Shown piece by piece: positions 8,461 to 16,546 of a stretch of 62,690 nucleotides of DNA. Location of the stretch: positions 1 through 62,690 of the IMG/VR virus record IMGVR_UViG_3300048915_000098. One strand, 5' to 3'. This stretch comes from a virus. The notes beneath the pieces were generated by a model, which saw only the letters and a list, made by a program, of their open reading frames with translations, had not been told where the DNA came from and did no database searches. Made by a program: the position numbers and the translations under genes. The stretch's first letter is position 1. Each line of letters starts with the position of its first letter.

Positions 8461-8859
8461 TTATCGCGTGGTGCACCGTGTCGCGTTGCCAACGGTTGTG
8501 CAGTTGGTGGTCATGCGAGATGGTTGCCAATTGGGCATTCCTGGCGCCGGCCCCCCGAATGGGAAGCCTGGAAGCGCGCCGTCCGATGGGCCGCAGGCGT
8601 AGCTCATGGAGAACCAAGTCACCGGGCCCGGAATCACGTCGTCGCCGAGGCCTCCTGCATGGCTCTCACTGGAGAGCACCTGGTAAGTGCCGCCGGGCGC
8701 GCAGCTCTTGGCCGCGAGTGCGAAGCACTTGCCCCTGTCTGACGCGCATTTCGCGGTTTTCACGAGGACGCCATTGGGCGCGCGGTACTCGCTGACCGAC
8801 TCGGTCGCGCAACCAGCCACGCAGGCCGCGAGCGCGAACGCTGCTGTTGAATGTCGCAT
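8461..8859 (-). CDS. Lipoprotein moron co-transcribed with the repressor (132 aa)
   Basis: Signal peptide plus lipobox: MRHSTAAFALAACVAGC. The start overlaps the repressor stop (TGATG). Cys-rich mature part. Confidence 0.7.
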   Translation of the reverse strand: MRHSTAAFALAACVAGCATESVSEYRAPNGVLVKTAKCASDRGKCFALAAKSCAPGGTYQVLSSESHAGGLGDDVIPGPVTWFSMSYACGPSDGALPGFPFGGPAPGMPNWQPSRMTTNCTTVGNATRCTTR

Positions 8860-9671
8860 CAGATCTTCCTTGCATTCCAGACCATCACCACTCGGCCCAA
8901 CACGCGCAGCTTCTCGCGCTCGGCATCGGCAATGACATAGGAGTCATAGGCCTTGTTGTCCGAGATCATCACGAAGGCGCCATCTGGTCGCTGCTGCAGA
9001 CGCTTGATGTACAGGCGGTCATTGAGCGACAGCACGTACACCGCGTCGAGCTTCACATCGTTGACGCTTCGGTCGACCAGCAGCGGGTCGCCATCCTCGA
9101 ACGTGGGGAACATACTGTCCCCTATGCCGGTAAGTATCCCCAGGTTGTTGGGGTGAGAAAAACTTGCGTGACGGCGCAACCAAGACTCGTCCACTTCCAT
9201 CGACATGACAACGCTTTCGCGGGACGGCTGATCTGCGCCTTGGCCCATGGACGCCCTCACGTCCATAACGGCCAGGCTCACCTTGCCCGCTGACCTCCGA
9301 TCTCGAATGTACTGAGCTGGGGGCTCAGTGACTGAGCTTGCGGCCGGCTTTGCGCCAAAGGCGACGATTTCGTCACGAGTGTCAAGAACTCCCGACAGAC
9401 GCGACCGCTTGCGGGGCTCATCGCTGTACGGGTGCTCAGTGTCCATCCAGTTGTTTGGCTTCGCGCAACCCGCCTCAAGGCGTCGGGCCATGACGGAACC
9501 CATCTCACGCACCTTGCCTGTCTTCGCGTCGACCGCTCCATTACGCAATTGGCTCAGGTAGACCGAGGACGTGCCGGCCCTTTCGGCGACGGCCTCCAAC
9601 GTCCCCTTCTCTTTGACCAATCGCTCGAGGTTTTCGAGGCGGATCTCAGCAACGGATTTCATGCCCGCCAT
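8859..9671 (-). CDS. cI-like repressor (XRE-type HTH plus S24/LexA autopeptidase)
   Basis: Trimmed from the 374-aa ORF to ATG 9671 (MAGMKSVAEIRLENL...; ATG 9662 is also possible). HTH: GTLEAVAERAGTSSVYLSQLRNG. S24 motifs: GDSMFPTFEDGDPLLVD and YIKRL. Confidence 0.85.
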   Translation of the reverse strand: MAGMKSVAEIRLENLERLVKEKGTLEAVAERAGTSSVYLSQLRNGAVDAKTGKVREMGSVMARRLEAGCAKPNNWMDTEHPYSDEPRKRSRLSGVLDTRDEIVAFGAKPAASSVTEPPAQYIRDRRSAGKVSLAVMDVRASMGQGADQPSRESVVMSMEVDESWLRRHASFSHPNNLGILTGIGDSMFPTFEDGDPLLVDRSVNDVKLDAVYVLSLNDRLYIKRLQQRPDGAFVMISDNKAYDSYVIADAEREKLRVLGRVVMVWNARKI

Positions 9672-9674
9672 TTG

Positions 9675-9752
9675 AAGCGCTGCGATTAAATCGGTCGATG
9701 AGCGGCGCGCTTCATTAAGCGCTTGACTCTCTTTAAGCGGCGCGCTTATCAT
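9675..9752 (+). promoter_or_regulatory. OR/PR region: PR-like promoter and 3-4 operator-like palindromes
   Basis: -35 TTGACT (9723..9728), 18-nt spacer, -10 TATCAT (9747..9752). Operator-like sites: AAGCG-GCG-CGCTT (9735..9747), AGCG-GCG-CGCTT (9701..9712), AAGCGCTT (9717..9724) and AAGCG-CTG-CGATT (9675..9687). Confidence 0.55.
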
Positions 9753-9758
9753 GCCGCA

Positions 9759-10034
9759 ATGAACCTCACAGAATGGACGGCGCAGCGCGGCCGGCAAACC
9801 GAATTGGCACTCGCGCTGGAGTGCGATCCCCAACTCGTTGGCCAGTGGGCAAACGGCCGTCGCCCGATCCCGCCTGCCAGACGGCCAGCCATCGAAGCCG
9901 CCACGCAGGGCGATGTCCGGTGCGAGGACATGGGCGACGACGTCGTCTGGCGCCGCGTTCCTGACAAGGCATGGAAGTGGCACCCGAAGGGCCGCCCGCT
10001 GCTCGACCTGACGCGTGTCGCGAGGGTTGCGTGA
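9759..10034 (+). CDS. Cro/YdaS-like HTH regulator (91 aa)
   Basis: Trimmed to ATG 9759. GRQTELALALECDPQLVGQWANGRRPIPPARRPAIEAATQGDV is a YdaS/Cro-type signature. Divergent from the repressor. Confidence 0.75.
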   Translation: MNLTEWTAQRGRQTELALALECDPQLVGQWANGRRPIPPARRPAIEAATQGDVRCEDMGDDVVWRRVPDKAWKWHPKGRPLLDLTRVARVA

Positions 10035-10471
10035 TGGAGCGGCTTTACATCGCGCGAGGCGATGGCGGCCTGTTCAAGGTTGGCCGAACCCGAGATTGGG
10101 AGACGCGCCTTTATCGGCTGCGCTACCAGTTCAGAGATCGCGGCGAGTCGCTTGTTGTGGCGCACGCCTTCGTGGATGAGGTTAAGAGCGCGCATGACGC
10201 CGAATTCACGATGCTTCGCGTCATCAGCAATGTCGGACACAAGCCCGTCGAGGGCCGTGAGTGGTTCCGAGATGTCGACTTTCGATGGGCTCACGTTGTT
10301 GGCGCGCTCGTGATAACGCATGCCAAGGCTGGCCACCTCTTTTTCAGCATGGTGGGCCACGTCACCCCTGAGGCGACGCTGCTTGCCGCCCGTATGCGAG
10401 ATGCGCCGCGCAAAGCCGGTCTGCCTCCCGCCGCAAGTCGTTCGACAGCACGAGCACCTGGCGCGCGATGA
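10034..10471 (+). CDS. T5orf172 (GIY-YIG-related) domain protein
   Basis: Trimmed to ATG 10034, overlapping the cro stop. Contains LYIARGDGGLFKVGRTRDWETRLYRL...GREWF. The last ~35 codons have poor GC3 and overlap a convergent small gene. Confidence 0.6.
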   Translation: MERLYIARGDGGLFKVGRTRDWETRLYRLRYQFRDRGESLVVAHAFVDEVKSAHDAEFTMLRVISNVGHKPVEGREWFRDVDFRWAHVVGALVITHAKAGHLFFSMVGHVTPEATLLAARMRDAPRKAGLPPAASRSTARAPGAR

Positions 10472-10532
10472 ATTCGCGCACGGCTTCGTGCGCCCACTGA
10501 TCTACCGATTTTTCTTCCGGGGTTTTATTCAT
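10362..10532 (-). CDS. Small antisense-oriented hypothetical protein (56 aa)
   Basis: MNKTPEEKSVDQWAHEAVREFIARQVLVLSNDLRREADRLCAAHLAYGRQAASPQG. High GC3 in this frame. An alternative ATG at 10538 adds MS. It is the C-terminal part of the spurious 229-aa track ORF. Confidence 0.5.
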   Translation of the reverse strand: MNKTPEEKSVDQWAHEAVREFIARQVLVLSNDLRREADRLCAAHLAYGRQAASPQG

Positions 10533-10785
10533 GGACATGGACTCCCTACCTCTTGAATCGAGAACTTCGATGAGCGCATTTGAATGCCTCACCGACGAGA
10601 TGCCCAAGATTCGCATGAGCGACGAGACGATGCTCATCCTGCGGCGCAAGGCCGCGGCGGCGCACATGAATCTGACGGAGTACGTCCGGATGCGCTTGGA
10701 CATCTTTGCGTTCGGTGAAGACCACATCGCAAATCTATGCGCTGACCGCGCCCGGCGGGTGGTACGAATGGGTGGCGAGTCGTGA
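10531..10785 (+). CDS. Ribbon-helix-helix (MobC/CopG-like) protein
   Basis: KIRMSDETMLILRRKAAAAHMNLTEYVRMRL fits a beta-strand-helix-helix pattern. The start is uncertain (ATG 10531, 10570 or 10600). Confidence 0.55.
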   Translation: MDMDSLPLESRTSMSAFECLTDEMPKIRMSDETMLILRRKAAAAHMNLTEYVRMRLDIFAFGEDHIANLCADRARRVVRMGGES

Positions 10786-11126
10786 GCGCGCAACTCGAGC
10801 TCCCGCTGAAGGCCGCGCGCGCCCGCGCCGATCTGGGCATCCAGCGCTGCTCGGAATCCGCTGAGCGTGTCAGCCCTGGCTGGGTGGATCGCGCCGCAGA
10901 GGCGCTTCGCGACTTCGCCAAGACGCAGACCGAACCCTTCCTGGTCGAGGCCGCGCGGCTGCACATCGCTGGCTCGCTGGCCGAGCCGCCGACGCTCAAG
11001 TCTTGGGGCGGCGCCACCCGGCGCGCCCTTGCTCTGGGCTACCTCGCGCACACCGGCGAGTTCGGCCGCGCGGCGAGTTCGAACGGCGCACCGAAAGAGA
11101 AGTACCGGGCTGGAGCGAACGCATGA
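10782..11126 (+). CDS. Hypothetical protein (114 aa)
   Basis: GTG start overlapping the upstream stop (GTGA); good codon bias. Confidence 0.6.
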   Translation: MSAQLELPLKAARARADLGIQRCSESAERVSPGWVDRAAEALRDFAKTQTEPFLVEAARLHIAGSLAEPPTLKSWGGATRRALALGYLAHTGEFGRAASSNGAPKEKYRAGANA

Positions 11127-11350
11127 CCAGCCGCGCCGGCTCCGACAAACCCTGCCCCTTCTGCGGCTTCCGGTTTCGCGTGGTTAGGCGCTTGCGCGAC
11201 CACATCGCTGAACACCACCCGAGCCCGAGCATTGTTTCCGTCGGCCTGTTCGGCGTGCCGGTCTTACCTGTCATCGAGGTTTCGATCGACTCCATCCACT
11301 CGTCCGCCATCGTGGCGGAGAAAGCGAAGGCCGCCTGTGGCGCTCAATGA
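11123..11350 (+). CDS. Small C2H2-type zinc-finger protein (75 aa)
   Basis: Trimmed to ATG 11123 (ATGA overlap). Contains CPFCGFRFRVVRRLRDHIAEHH. Confidence 0.6.
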   Translation: MTSRAGSDKPCPFCGFRFRVVRRLRDHIAEHHPSPSIVSVGLFGVPVLPVIEVSIDSIHSSAIVAEKAKAACGAQ

Positions 11351-12077
11351 GGTTCGTCGATTCGCGCGGAACACTGCTGGCTTCGACGTCGCCGTTGGCG
11401 ACATCCACGGGTGCGTTTCGAAGTTCCTGGTCGCGCTGGGGGAAATCGGGTTCGATCCTTCGCACGACCGGTGCTTCTCCGTCGGCGATCTTGTCGACCG
11501 CGGCCCCGAGTCGCACCGCTGCGACGAGCTCATCGCGCAGCCCTGGTTCTTCGCCGTGCAGGGGAACCACGAAGATTTCGCCATCCGCTGGCCGAACGGC
11601 CACATGGATGCCGGCAACTACGCGGCGAACGGTGGCGCCTGGAACATCGGCAACACGCACGACGAGCGCGTGCGATACGCCGACCTGCTTGGCAGCCTGC
11701 CTGTGGCGATGGAAGTCGAGACGGAGGGCGGCCTCGTGGGCATCGTCCATGCCGACTGCCCGCATGCCGACTGGTGGCGGTTCACGCGGGAGTTGGAGGA
11801 TGCTAGCTCGACCCGCGGCCTGATCGCCAATGTCCGCGAGCTGTGCATGTGGAATCGCACCCGGGTGCAGACCGAAGACCGCACCCCGGTCGCGGGCGTG
11901 CGCGCGGTGATCGTCGGCCACACGCCAATGCGCCAGCCGATGATCCTCGGCAACGTCTACCACATCGACACGATGGGGTGGAAGCAGGACGGTCGGTTCA
12001 CGTTCGTCGACCTCGAAACCCTGGGCATCGTGCAGCCGAAGCGCGCAGGTGCATCCAGCCTTGTCTGGGAGGCCTGA
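11337..12077 (+). CDS. Lambda-type Ser/Thr protein phosphatase (metallophosphoesterase, NinI-like)
   Basis: Motifs GDIHGC, GDLVDRG and GNHE. The start is set at in-frame GTG 11337, because the track ORF has no ATG before the domain. Confidence 0.85.
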   Translation: MALNEVRRFARNTAGFDVAVGDIHGCVSKFLVALGEIGFDPSHDRCFSVGDLVDRGPESHRCDELIAQPWFFAVQGNHEDFAIRWPNGHMDAGNYAANGGAWNIGNTHDERVRYADLLGSLPVAMEVETEGGLVGIVHADCPHADWWRFTRELEDASSTRGLIANVRELCMWNRTRVQTEDRTPVAGVRAVIVGHTPMRQPMILGNVYHIDTMGWKQDGRFTFVDLETLGIVQPKRAGASSLVWEA

Positions 12078-12078
12078 C

Positions 12079-12315
12079 GTGACCAAGCCCCGCACCACCT
12101 TCCAGCTCGAGCCCCTGTGGCCCCCTGGCTTTTCTCCCAAGCTCCCCGCCCTGCTCCAGGCCACCGCCGAAGAAGCTGCGCGCAGCGCAGCCGCTTCGTC
12201 CCGTCGACGCGCCTTGCTCGATTCCGAGGACTTGGCCGACCGGCGCCGCGGCGCGGGCTCGATCTTCGGTTTGTCGCGCCAAGCGGACGAGCGCATTCAC
12301 AAGGGGCGGGTTTGA
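12079..12315 (+). CDS. Hypothetical protein (78 aa)
   Basis: GTG 12079, 2 nt after the phosphatase stop. Moderate codon bias. Confidence 0.45.
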   Translation: MTKPRTTFQLEPLWPPGFSPKLPALLQATAEEAARSAAASSRRRALLDSEDLADRRRGAGSIFGLSRQADERIHKGRV

Positions 12316-12341
12316 CAACAGCCATCAACGCAGGAGTGACC

Positions 12342-12623
12342 ATGCAACAAGCTGATTGGGTTGGTGCGCCGACCGCTGCCGTCAAGCCCTTCAAGGACAT
12401 CCGCAACACCCGCGAGAGCGTTGCCGAGGAAAAGGCGCGACTCGTGATGGAACTCGGATGGCTCTTCCGCTCGCCCCCCCCCAGCGTCGTCAACGGATCC
12501 ATCCAAAAGGTGCGGCAGTGGACGGCCGCGCGCGAAGCCGCCCGCAAGGTTGCGGCCAGTGCGCGATCCAGCGCGCACGACCTGCGATCAGCGATCACCA
12601 GCATGCAAGGGTTTGAAGCATGA
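12342..12623 (+). CDS. Hypothetical protein (93 aa)
   Basis: Trimmed to ATG 12342 with an AGGAG RBS (12332..12336). Confidence 0.6.
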   Translation: MQQADWVGAPTAAVKPFKDIRNTRESVAEEKARLVMELGWLFRSPPPSVVNGSIQKVRQWTAAREAARKVAASARSSAHDLRSAITSMQGFEA

Positions 12624-14587
12624 GGGGCCCAATTTCCCGCCCGCGCCAGCGCCCCACATCGGTCGCGAAGGCCGCGCGCCAGTTCATCCTGGGGCTCGAT
12701 GACGGGCTCATCATCGACGAATTCGCCTGCGGCGGCGGCATGTCCGAGGCGATCGAGCAGGCCTTGGGCCGCCACGTCGACCATTCGGTCAACCACGACG
12801 ACGACGCCTGCAGCCTGCACCAGGCGAACCACCCGCAGACGATCCACCACTGCGCGGACGTCTTCGGCCGCGAGGTATCGCCGGCGTCGATCGAGCCCGA
12901 TCGTCCGATCGATCACCTTCACCTGAGCCCGGACTGCACGGACCATTCCCAGGCCAAGGGCGGCCAGCCGCGCTCGGTCAAACGCCGCGGCCTCGCCTGG
13001 ATCGGCGTGCGCTGGGCGGCGCTGCCCGCGTGGCGCCGGCCGAAGGTGATCTCGCTGGAGAACGTGAAGGAGGTCTTGCGCTGGGGCGCCCTGATCGCCA
13101 AGCGTTGCCCGAAGACCGGCCGCGTGGTCAAGGTCGACGGCTCGGTGGCGGCCAAGGGCGAGCGCGTGCCGCGCCGCGAGCAGTACCTGATCCCCGATCC
13201 CGCCCGCGCTGGCCAGACGTGGCAGCGGTTCGTCGGTGCGCTGCGCGCGCTGGGCTACACCGTTGACTGGTGGGCGTTAAACGCGGCCGACTTCGGCACG
13301 CCGACGACGCGCACGCGCCTGTTCATGGTCGCGACCTGTGACGGCATCGCGCCGATCCGCCCGCAGCCGACGCACTTCAAGAACCCGGAGCTGGGCCAGC
13401 AGAAGTGGCGCGCCGCGGCGGAGTGCATCGATTGGTCGATCCCGGCGCGGAGCATCTTCGGGCGCAAGAAGGATCTGGCCGACGCCACCATGCAGCGCAT
13501 CGCGCGCGGCATGTGGAAGTTCGTGCTGGGCCCGGACGCGAAGCCGTTCATTGTCAACAACCTCACGAACAACGTGCCGCGCGGCGTCGACGAGCCGATG
13601 GCGCCGATCCTGACAGGTGGCCACAAGGCTGTCGTCTCCCCCATGATCGCCCCCGTCACGCACAGCGACAAGCGAGTGCACGACGCCAGCGCCCCGCTGC
13701 CCACCATCACCACAGCCAAGGGCGGAGAGTTCGCGCTGGGCGCGGCGACGATCGTCAAGTTCAAGGGCGAGAGCCCGGGCACTGCCGCCTCCGATCCGCT
13801 GGACACCGTCACGGCCAAGGGCCACGGGATGGGGGCGCTCTCTGCCTTCATCGTCCAGGCCGGCCATGGCGAAGGGAAAGGCGCGTCGAAGCGCCGGAGT
13901 TACGGCGTCAATGATCTGGGCGGCCCGGTTGGAACCATCACGGCAAGCGGCGGCGGCCAGTCGATCGCAACCGCCTTCATGCTGCAGGCCAACGGGGGCT
14001 TCAACGATCAGCGCGGCTCGCCCGGCCACGCAGCCGACGAGCCCATGTCGACGATCGGCACGAAGGGCGCCGCCCAGCAGCCAGTCGTCGCGCACATGGT
14101 GCACCTGCACAACAACTGCGACGCGCGCGCGGCCAACGAGCCGCTTCGCACCGTTGGCGCCAGCGGTCAGCACCACGGCGTCGTCGAGTATCGACTCGCC
14201 AAGGAGCACGAGGAGGGCGCGCTGCGCTGCGCGGCGTTCCTGCTGCGCTATCACCGCGACGGCGGGCAGTGGGCCGACCTGCACGAGCCGGCGACGACCA
14301 TCACCACGAAGGATCGCCTGGCGCTGGTCACTGTCTGGTTCCGCGGCGAGCCCTGGGTCATCGTCGATATCTGCCTGCGCATGCTCACGCCGCGCGAGTT
14401 GGCGCGCGCGCAGGGCTTCCCCGACGACTACATCCTTGAGCACGGGCACGACGGCCGCAAGTTCTCCCAGGCCACGCAGGTCTGGATGATCGGAAACAGC
14501 GTTCCGCCGCCGCTCGGACGAGCGGTGATCGCCGCGCAATGGGACGTTCGTCGCCCCGGCGCTGAGCGGTATCGGGAGGCTGCTTGA
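12620..14587 (+). CDS. DNA (cytosine-5) methyltransferase, 655 aa, with an expanded repeat-containing variable region
   Basis: Motif I EFACGGGMS, IV SPDCTDHS, VI SLENV, VIII TRTRLF, then QGFPDDY, and X IGNSVPPPL. About 330 aa lie between motifs VIII and IX. Confidence 0.9.
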   Translation: MRGPISRPRQRPTSVAKAARQFILGLDDGLIIDEFACGGGMSEAIEQALGRHVDHSVNHDDDACSLHQANHPQTIHHCADVFGREVSPASIEPDRPIDHLHLSPDCTDHSQAKGGQPRSVKRRGLAWIGVRWAALPAWRRPKVISLENVKEVLRWGALIAKRCPKTGRVVKVDGSVAAKGERVPRREQYLIPDPARAGQTWQRFVGALRALGYTVDWWALNAADFGTPTTRTRLFMVATCDGIAPIRPQPTHFKNPELGQQKWRAAAECIDWSIPARSIFGRKKDLADATMQRIARGMWKFVLGPDAKPFIVNNLTNNVPRGVDEPMAPILTGGHKAVVSPMIAPVTHSDKRVHDASAPLPTITTAKGGEFALGAATIVKFKGESPGTAASDPLDTVTAKGHGMGALSAFIVQAGHGEGKGASKRRSYGVNDLGGPVGTITASGGGQSIATAFMLQANGGFNDQRGSPGHAADEPMSTIGTKGAAQQPVVAHMVHLHNNCDARAANEPLRTVGASGQHHGVVEYRLAKEHEEGALRCAAFLLRYHRDGGQWADLHEPATTITTKDRLALVTVWFRGEPWVIVDICLRMLTPRELARAQGFPDDYILEHGHDGRKFSQATQVWMIGNSVPPPLGRAVIAAQWDVRRPGAERYREAA

Positions 14588-14796
14588 CCTCTCACGACAC
14601 CGACCGCGCCCACCGCGTGCGCATCGCCGCCTTGCTGCTCGCACCGCGCGACAGCGAGGGCGTCGTGCGCGCACCACTGTCGGACGCACAGACGCTGGCG
14701 ACGATCAAGAACCTGCGGGCGCCCCAGCGCGCTGCGCTCACCAGCCAGGTGAACTTCGTTCGCGAGTACGAGCGCGAGGAGAGCGGCGATGCGTGA
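14584..14796 (+). CDS. Hypothetical protein (70 aa)
   Basis: TTG start overlapping the methyltransferase stop; moderate support only. Confidence 0.4.
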   Translation: MTSHDTDRAHRVRIAALLLAPRDSEGVVRAPLSDAQTLATIKNLRAPQRAALTSQVNFVREYEREESGDA

Positions 14797-15745
14797 ATAC
14801 GGCAAGGTCTTCGTCCAGATCTGGGAGAGCGAGGACTTTCGCTCCCTCAGCGAGGATGGCCGCACGTTGGTCCTGTACCTGTTGACCTGCAAGCACACCA
14901 CCATCGCTGGAGCGTTCCGTCTGCCCGATGGGTACGCCTGCGAAGACCTGCAATGGTCTTCCGAAAGGGTTCGTGAAGGGTTCGCGAACGTCTCCTCAAA
15001 GGGTTTCGCAACCCGGTGCGAGGCGTCGAAATGGGTCTGGGTGACGAAGTTCCTCGAATGGAACCCTCCGGAGAACCCGAACCAGCGCAAGGCTGCCGCC
15101 AAAGTTGCCGCCGGCATTCCGTCGCAATGCGCCTGGAAGCAAGCATTCATGCGGGTTTGTGGCGAATCGATAGGGCTGGAAGTGCCGCCGAACTTGCCTC
15201 CTGAACCTCCCCAAATCGGAACCCTTTCGAAACCGTTCCTTAACCAGGAACAGGAACAGGAGCAGAACCAGGATCAGGAACAGGAGCAGCAACAGGAAAT
15301 CCTTCCGCCGGCCGAATTGCTGAAGTCCCCTGCGACTCGCTCCGCTCGCGCCCCGAAGGCTCCGGCGGGGAAGTCCGACCAGCCGGTAGGTGCAACGACG
15401 TGGAACGCCTATTCGACAGCCTATGTCGACCGCTACGGCTCACCACCGGTGAGGAACGCCAAAGTCAACGCCCAGGTCGCGCAGCTCGTCCAACGTCTCG
15501 GTGCCGAGGAAGCCCCTCGGGTCGCCGCGTTCTACGTCCTTCACAACGGGCAGGCCTACGTCCGAGCGACGCACACCGTCGACCTGTTGCTGCGCGACGC
15601 CGAGGGCTTGCGAACGCAGTGGGTTCAGGGGCGGCAGACCACCCACACCGCGGCCGCTCAAGTCGACCGCACGCAGACCAACGCCAGCGCCTTCGCGCCG
15701 TTGATCGCTGAAGCCAGAGCGCGCGAAGCGCAAGGAGTCGAATGA
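14789..15745 (+). CDS. Putative replication initiator/replisome organiser (318 aa)
   Basis: Two globular halves joined by a Q/E linker encoded by reiterated CAGGAACAGGA DNA, a lambda O-like arrangement. The position precedes a loader-like gene. Confidence 0.55.
   Translation: MREYGKVFVQIWESEDFRSLSEDGRTLVLYLLTCKHTTIAGAFRLPDGYACEDLQWSSERVREGFANVSSKGFATRCEASKWVWVTKFLEWNPPENPNQRKAAAKVAAGIPSQCAWKQAFMRVCGESIGLEVPPNLPPEPPQIGTLSKPFLNQEQEQEQNQDQEQEQQQEILPPAELLKSPATRSARAPKAPAGKSDQPVGATTWNAYSTAYVDRYGSPPVRNAKVNAQVAQLVQRLGAEEAPRVAAFYVLHNGQAYVRATHTVDLLLRDAEGLRTQWVQGRQTTHTAAAQVDRTQTNASAFAPLIAEARAREAQGVE
15244..15298. repeat. Iteron-like reiterated (C)AGGAACAGGA(G) motifs inside the replication gene (candidate origin)
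   Basis: The sequence is ccaggaacaggaacaggagcagaaccaggatcaggaacaggagcagcaacaggaa. Confidence 0.4.
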
Positions 15746-16353
15746 TGGCCAGTTCCGCCCTTCTTGAGGCCGTTGCCGTGACCGCGGAACTCTGCGGCCG
15801 CGTCTTCAGTCCGGCCGCTGCCCGCGTGTTCGTCGAAGACCTGGCGGCCTACCCCGAGCGGCAAGTGCTTGGCGCGTTGCGACGCTGCCGCAAGGAAGTC
15901 AAAGGCATCCTCACGACGCAGGATGTCGTCTCCCGGCTGGACGACGGACGTCTGGGCGCGGAGGAGGCATGGGCGATGCTGCCGAAATCCGAGGCTGAGA
16001 GCGTGGTCTGGACGACCGAAATGGCTGAGGCGCTGCGGGTGGCGCAGCCACTGCTCGACGAAGGAGACCGCGTCGCTGCACGCATGGCGTTCAAGCAGGC
16101 CTACGACCGCCTCGTCGCTGCCGCTCGCGATGCAGGCCGCCCGGTCGACTGGCAGCCATCGCTGGGTCATGACCCCCGCGGGCGCGAGCAGGCAATCCGC
16201 GAGGCCGTAGAGCGTGGGCGTCTCTCCGTCGAATACGCGCAGACGGTGTGCCCGACGCTGCCAGCGCCATCGCACGAAGTCGCTGCCCTGCTTGAGAAAA
16301 GCCTTGCCGGCCATGTCATCCATTTGCAAACGGGTGCCCCCCGTCTCGCATGA
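15742..16353 (+). CDS. Hypothetical protein, possible helicase-loader-like partner of the replication protein
   Basis: ATGA overlap with the upstream gene. The assignment rests on position only. Confidence 0.45.
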   Translation: MMASSALLEAVAVTAELCGRVFSPAAARVFVEDLAAYPERQVLGALRRCRKEVKGILTTQDVVSRLDDGRLGAEEAWAMLPKSEAESVVWTTEMAEALRVAQPLLDEGDRVAARMAFKQAYDRLVAAARDAGRPVDWQPSLGHDPRGREQAIREAVERGRLSVEYAQTVCPTLPAPSHEVAALLEKSLAGHVIHLQTGAPRLA

Positions 16354-16546
16354 CCCGCTCGCCCTTCCTCCGCTCCGGCCCCTTGTACCGCTCCTTCTGC
16401 GGAGGCGCCAGCTCGCGGATCGTCATCGCCGCCAGCCAGTCGGCCGCAGGCCAGGGCGCCAAGTGCGCGGCGCGCTCCGGCGTGTCGAGCAGGACCGATC
16501 GGCGGAAGTCGCGTTCGTCCTTGAGCGTCCATTCGGAGATTTGCAT
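16316..16546 (-). CDS. Small antisense-oriented hypothetical protein (76 aa)
   Basis: Trimmed from the 141-aa ORF to ATG 16546 (MQISEWTLKDERDFRRSVLLDTPERAAHLAPW...). Very high GC3. Divergent from the wHTH gene. Confidence 0.55.
   Translation of the reverse strand: MQISEWTLKDERDFRRSVLLDTPERAAHLAPWPAADWLAAMTIRELAPPQKERYKGPERRKGERVMRDGGHPFANG

Noticed and set aside
8859-9983. Full 374-aa version of the repressor ORF
   Set aside because: The N-terminal 104 codons cross the operator/promoter region and the cro gene on the opposite strand. The HTH domain starts right after M105.
9749-10360. 203-aa minus-strand ORF opposite cro and the T5orf172 gene
   Set aside because: The plus-strand genes carry clear family signatures and coupling. 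This frame would also run through the PR promoter.
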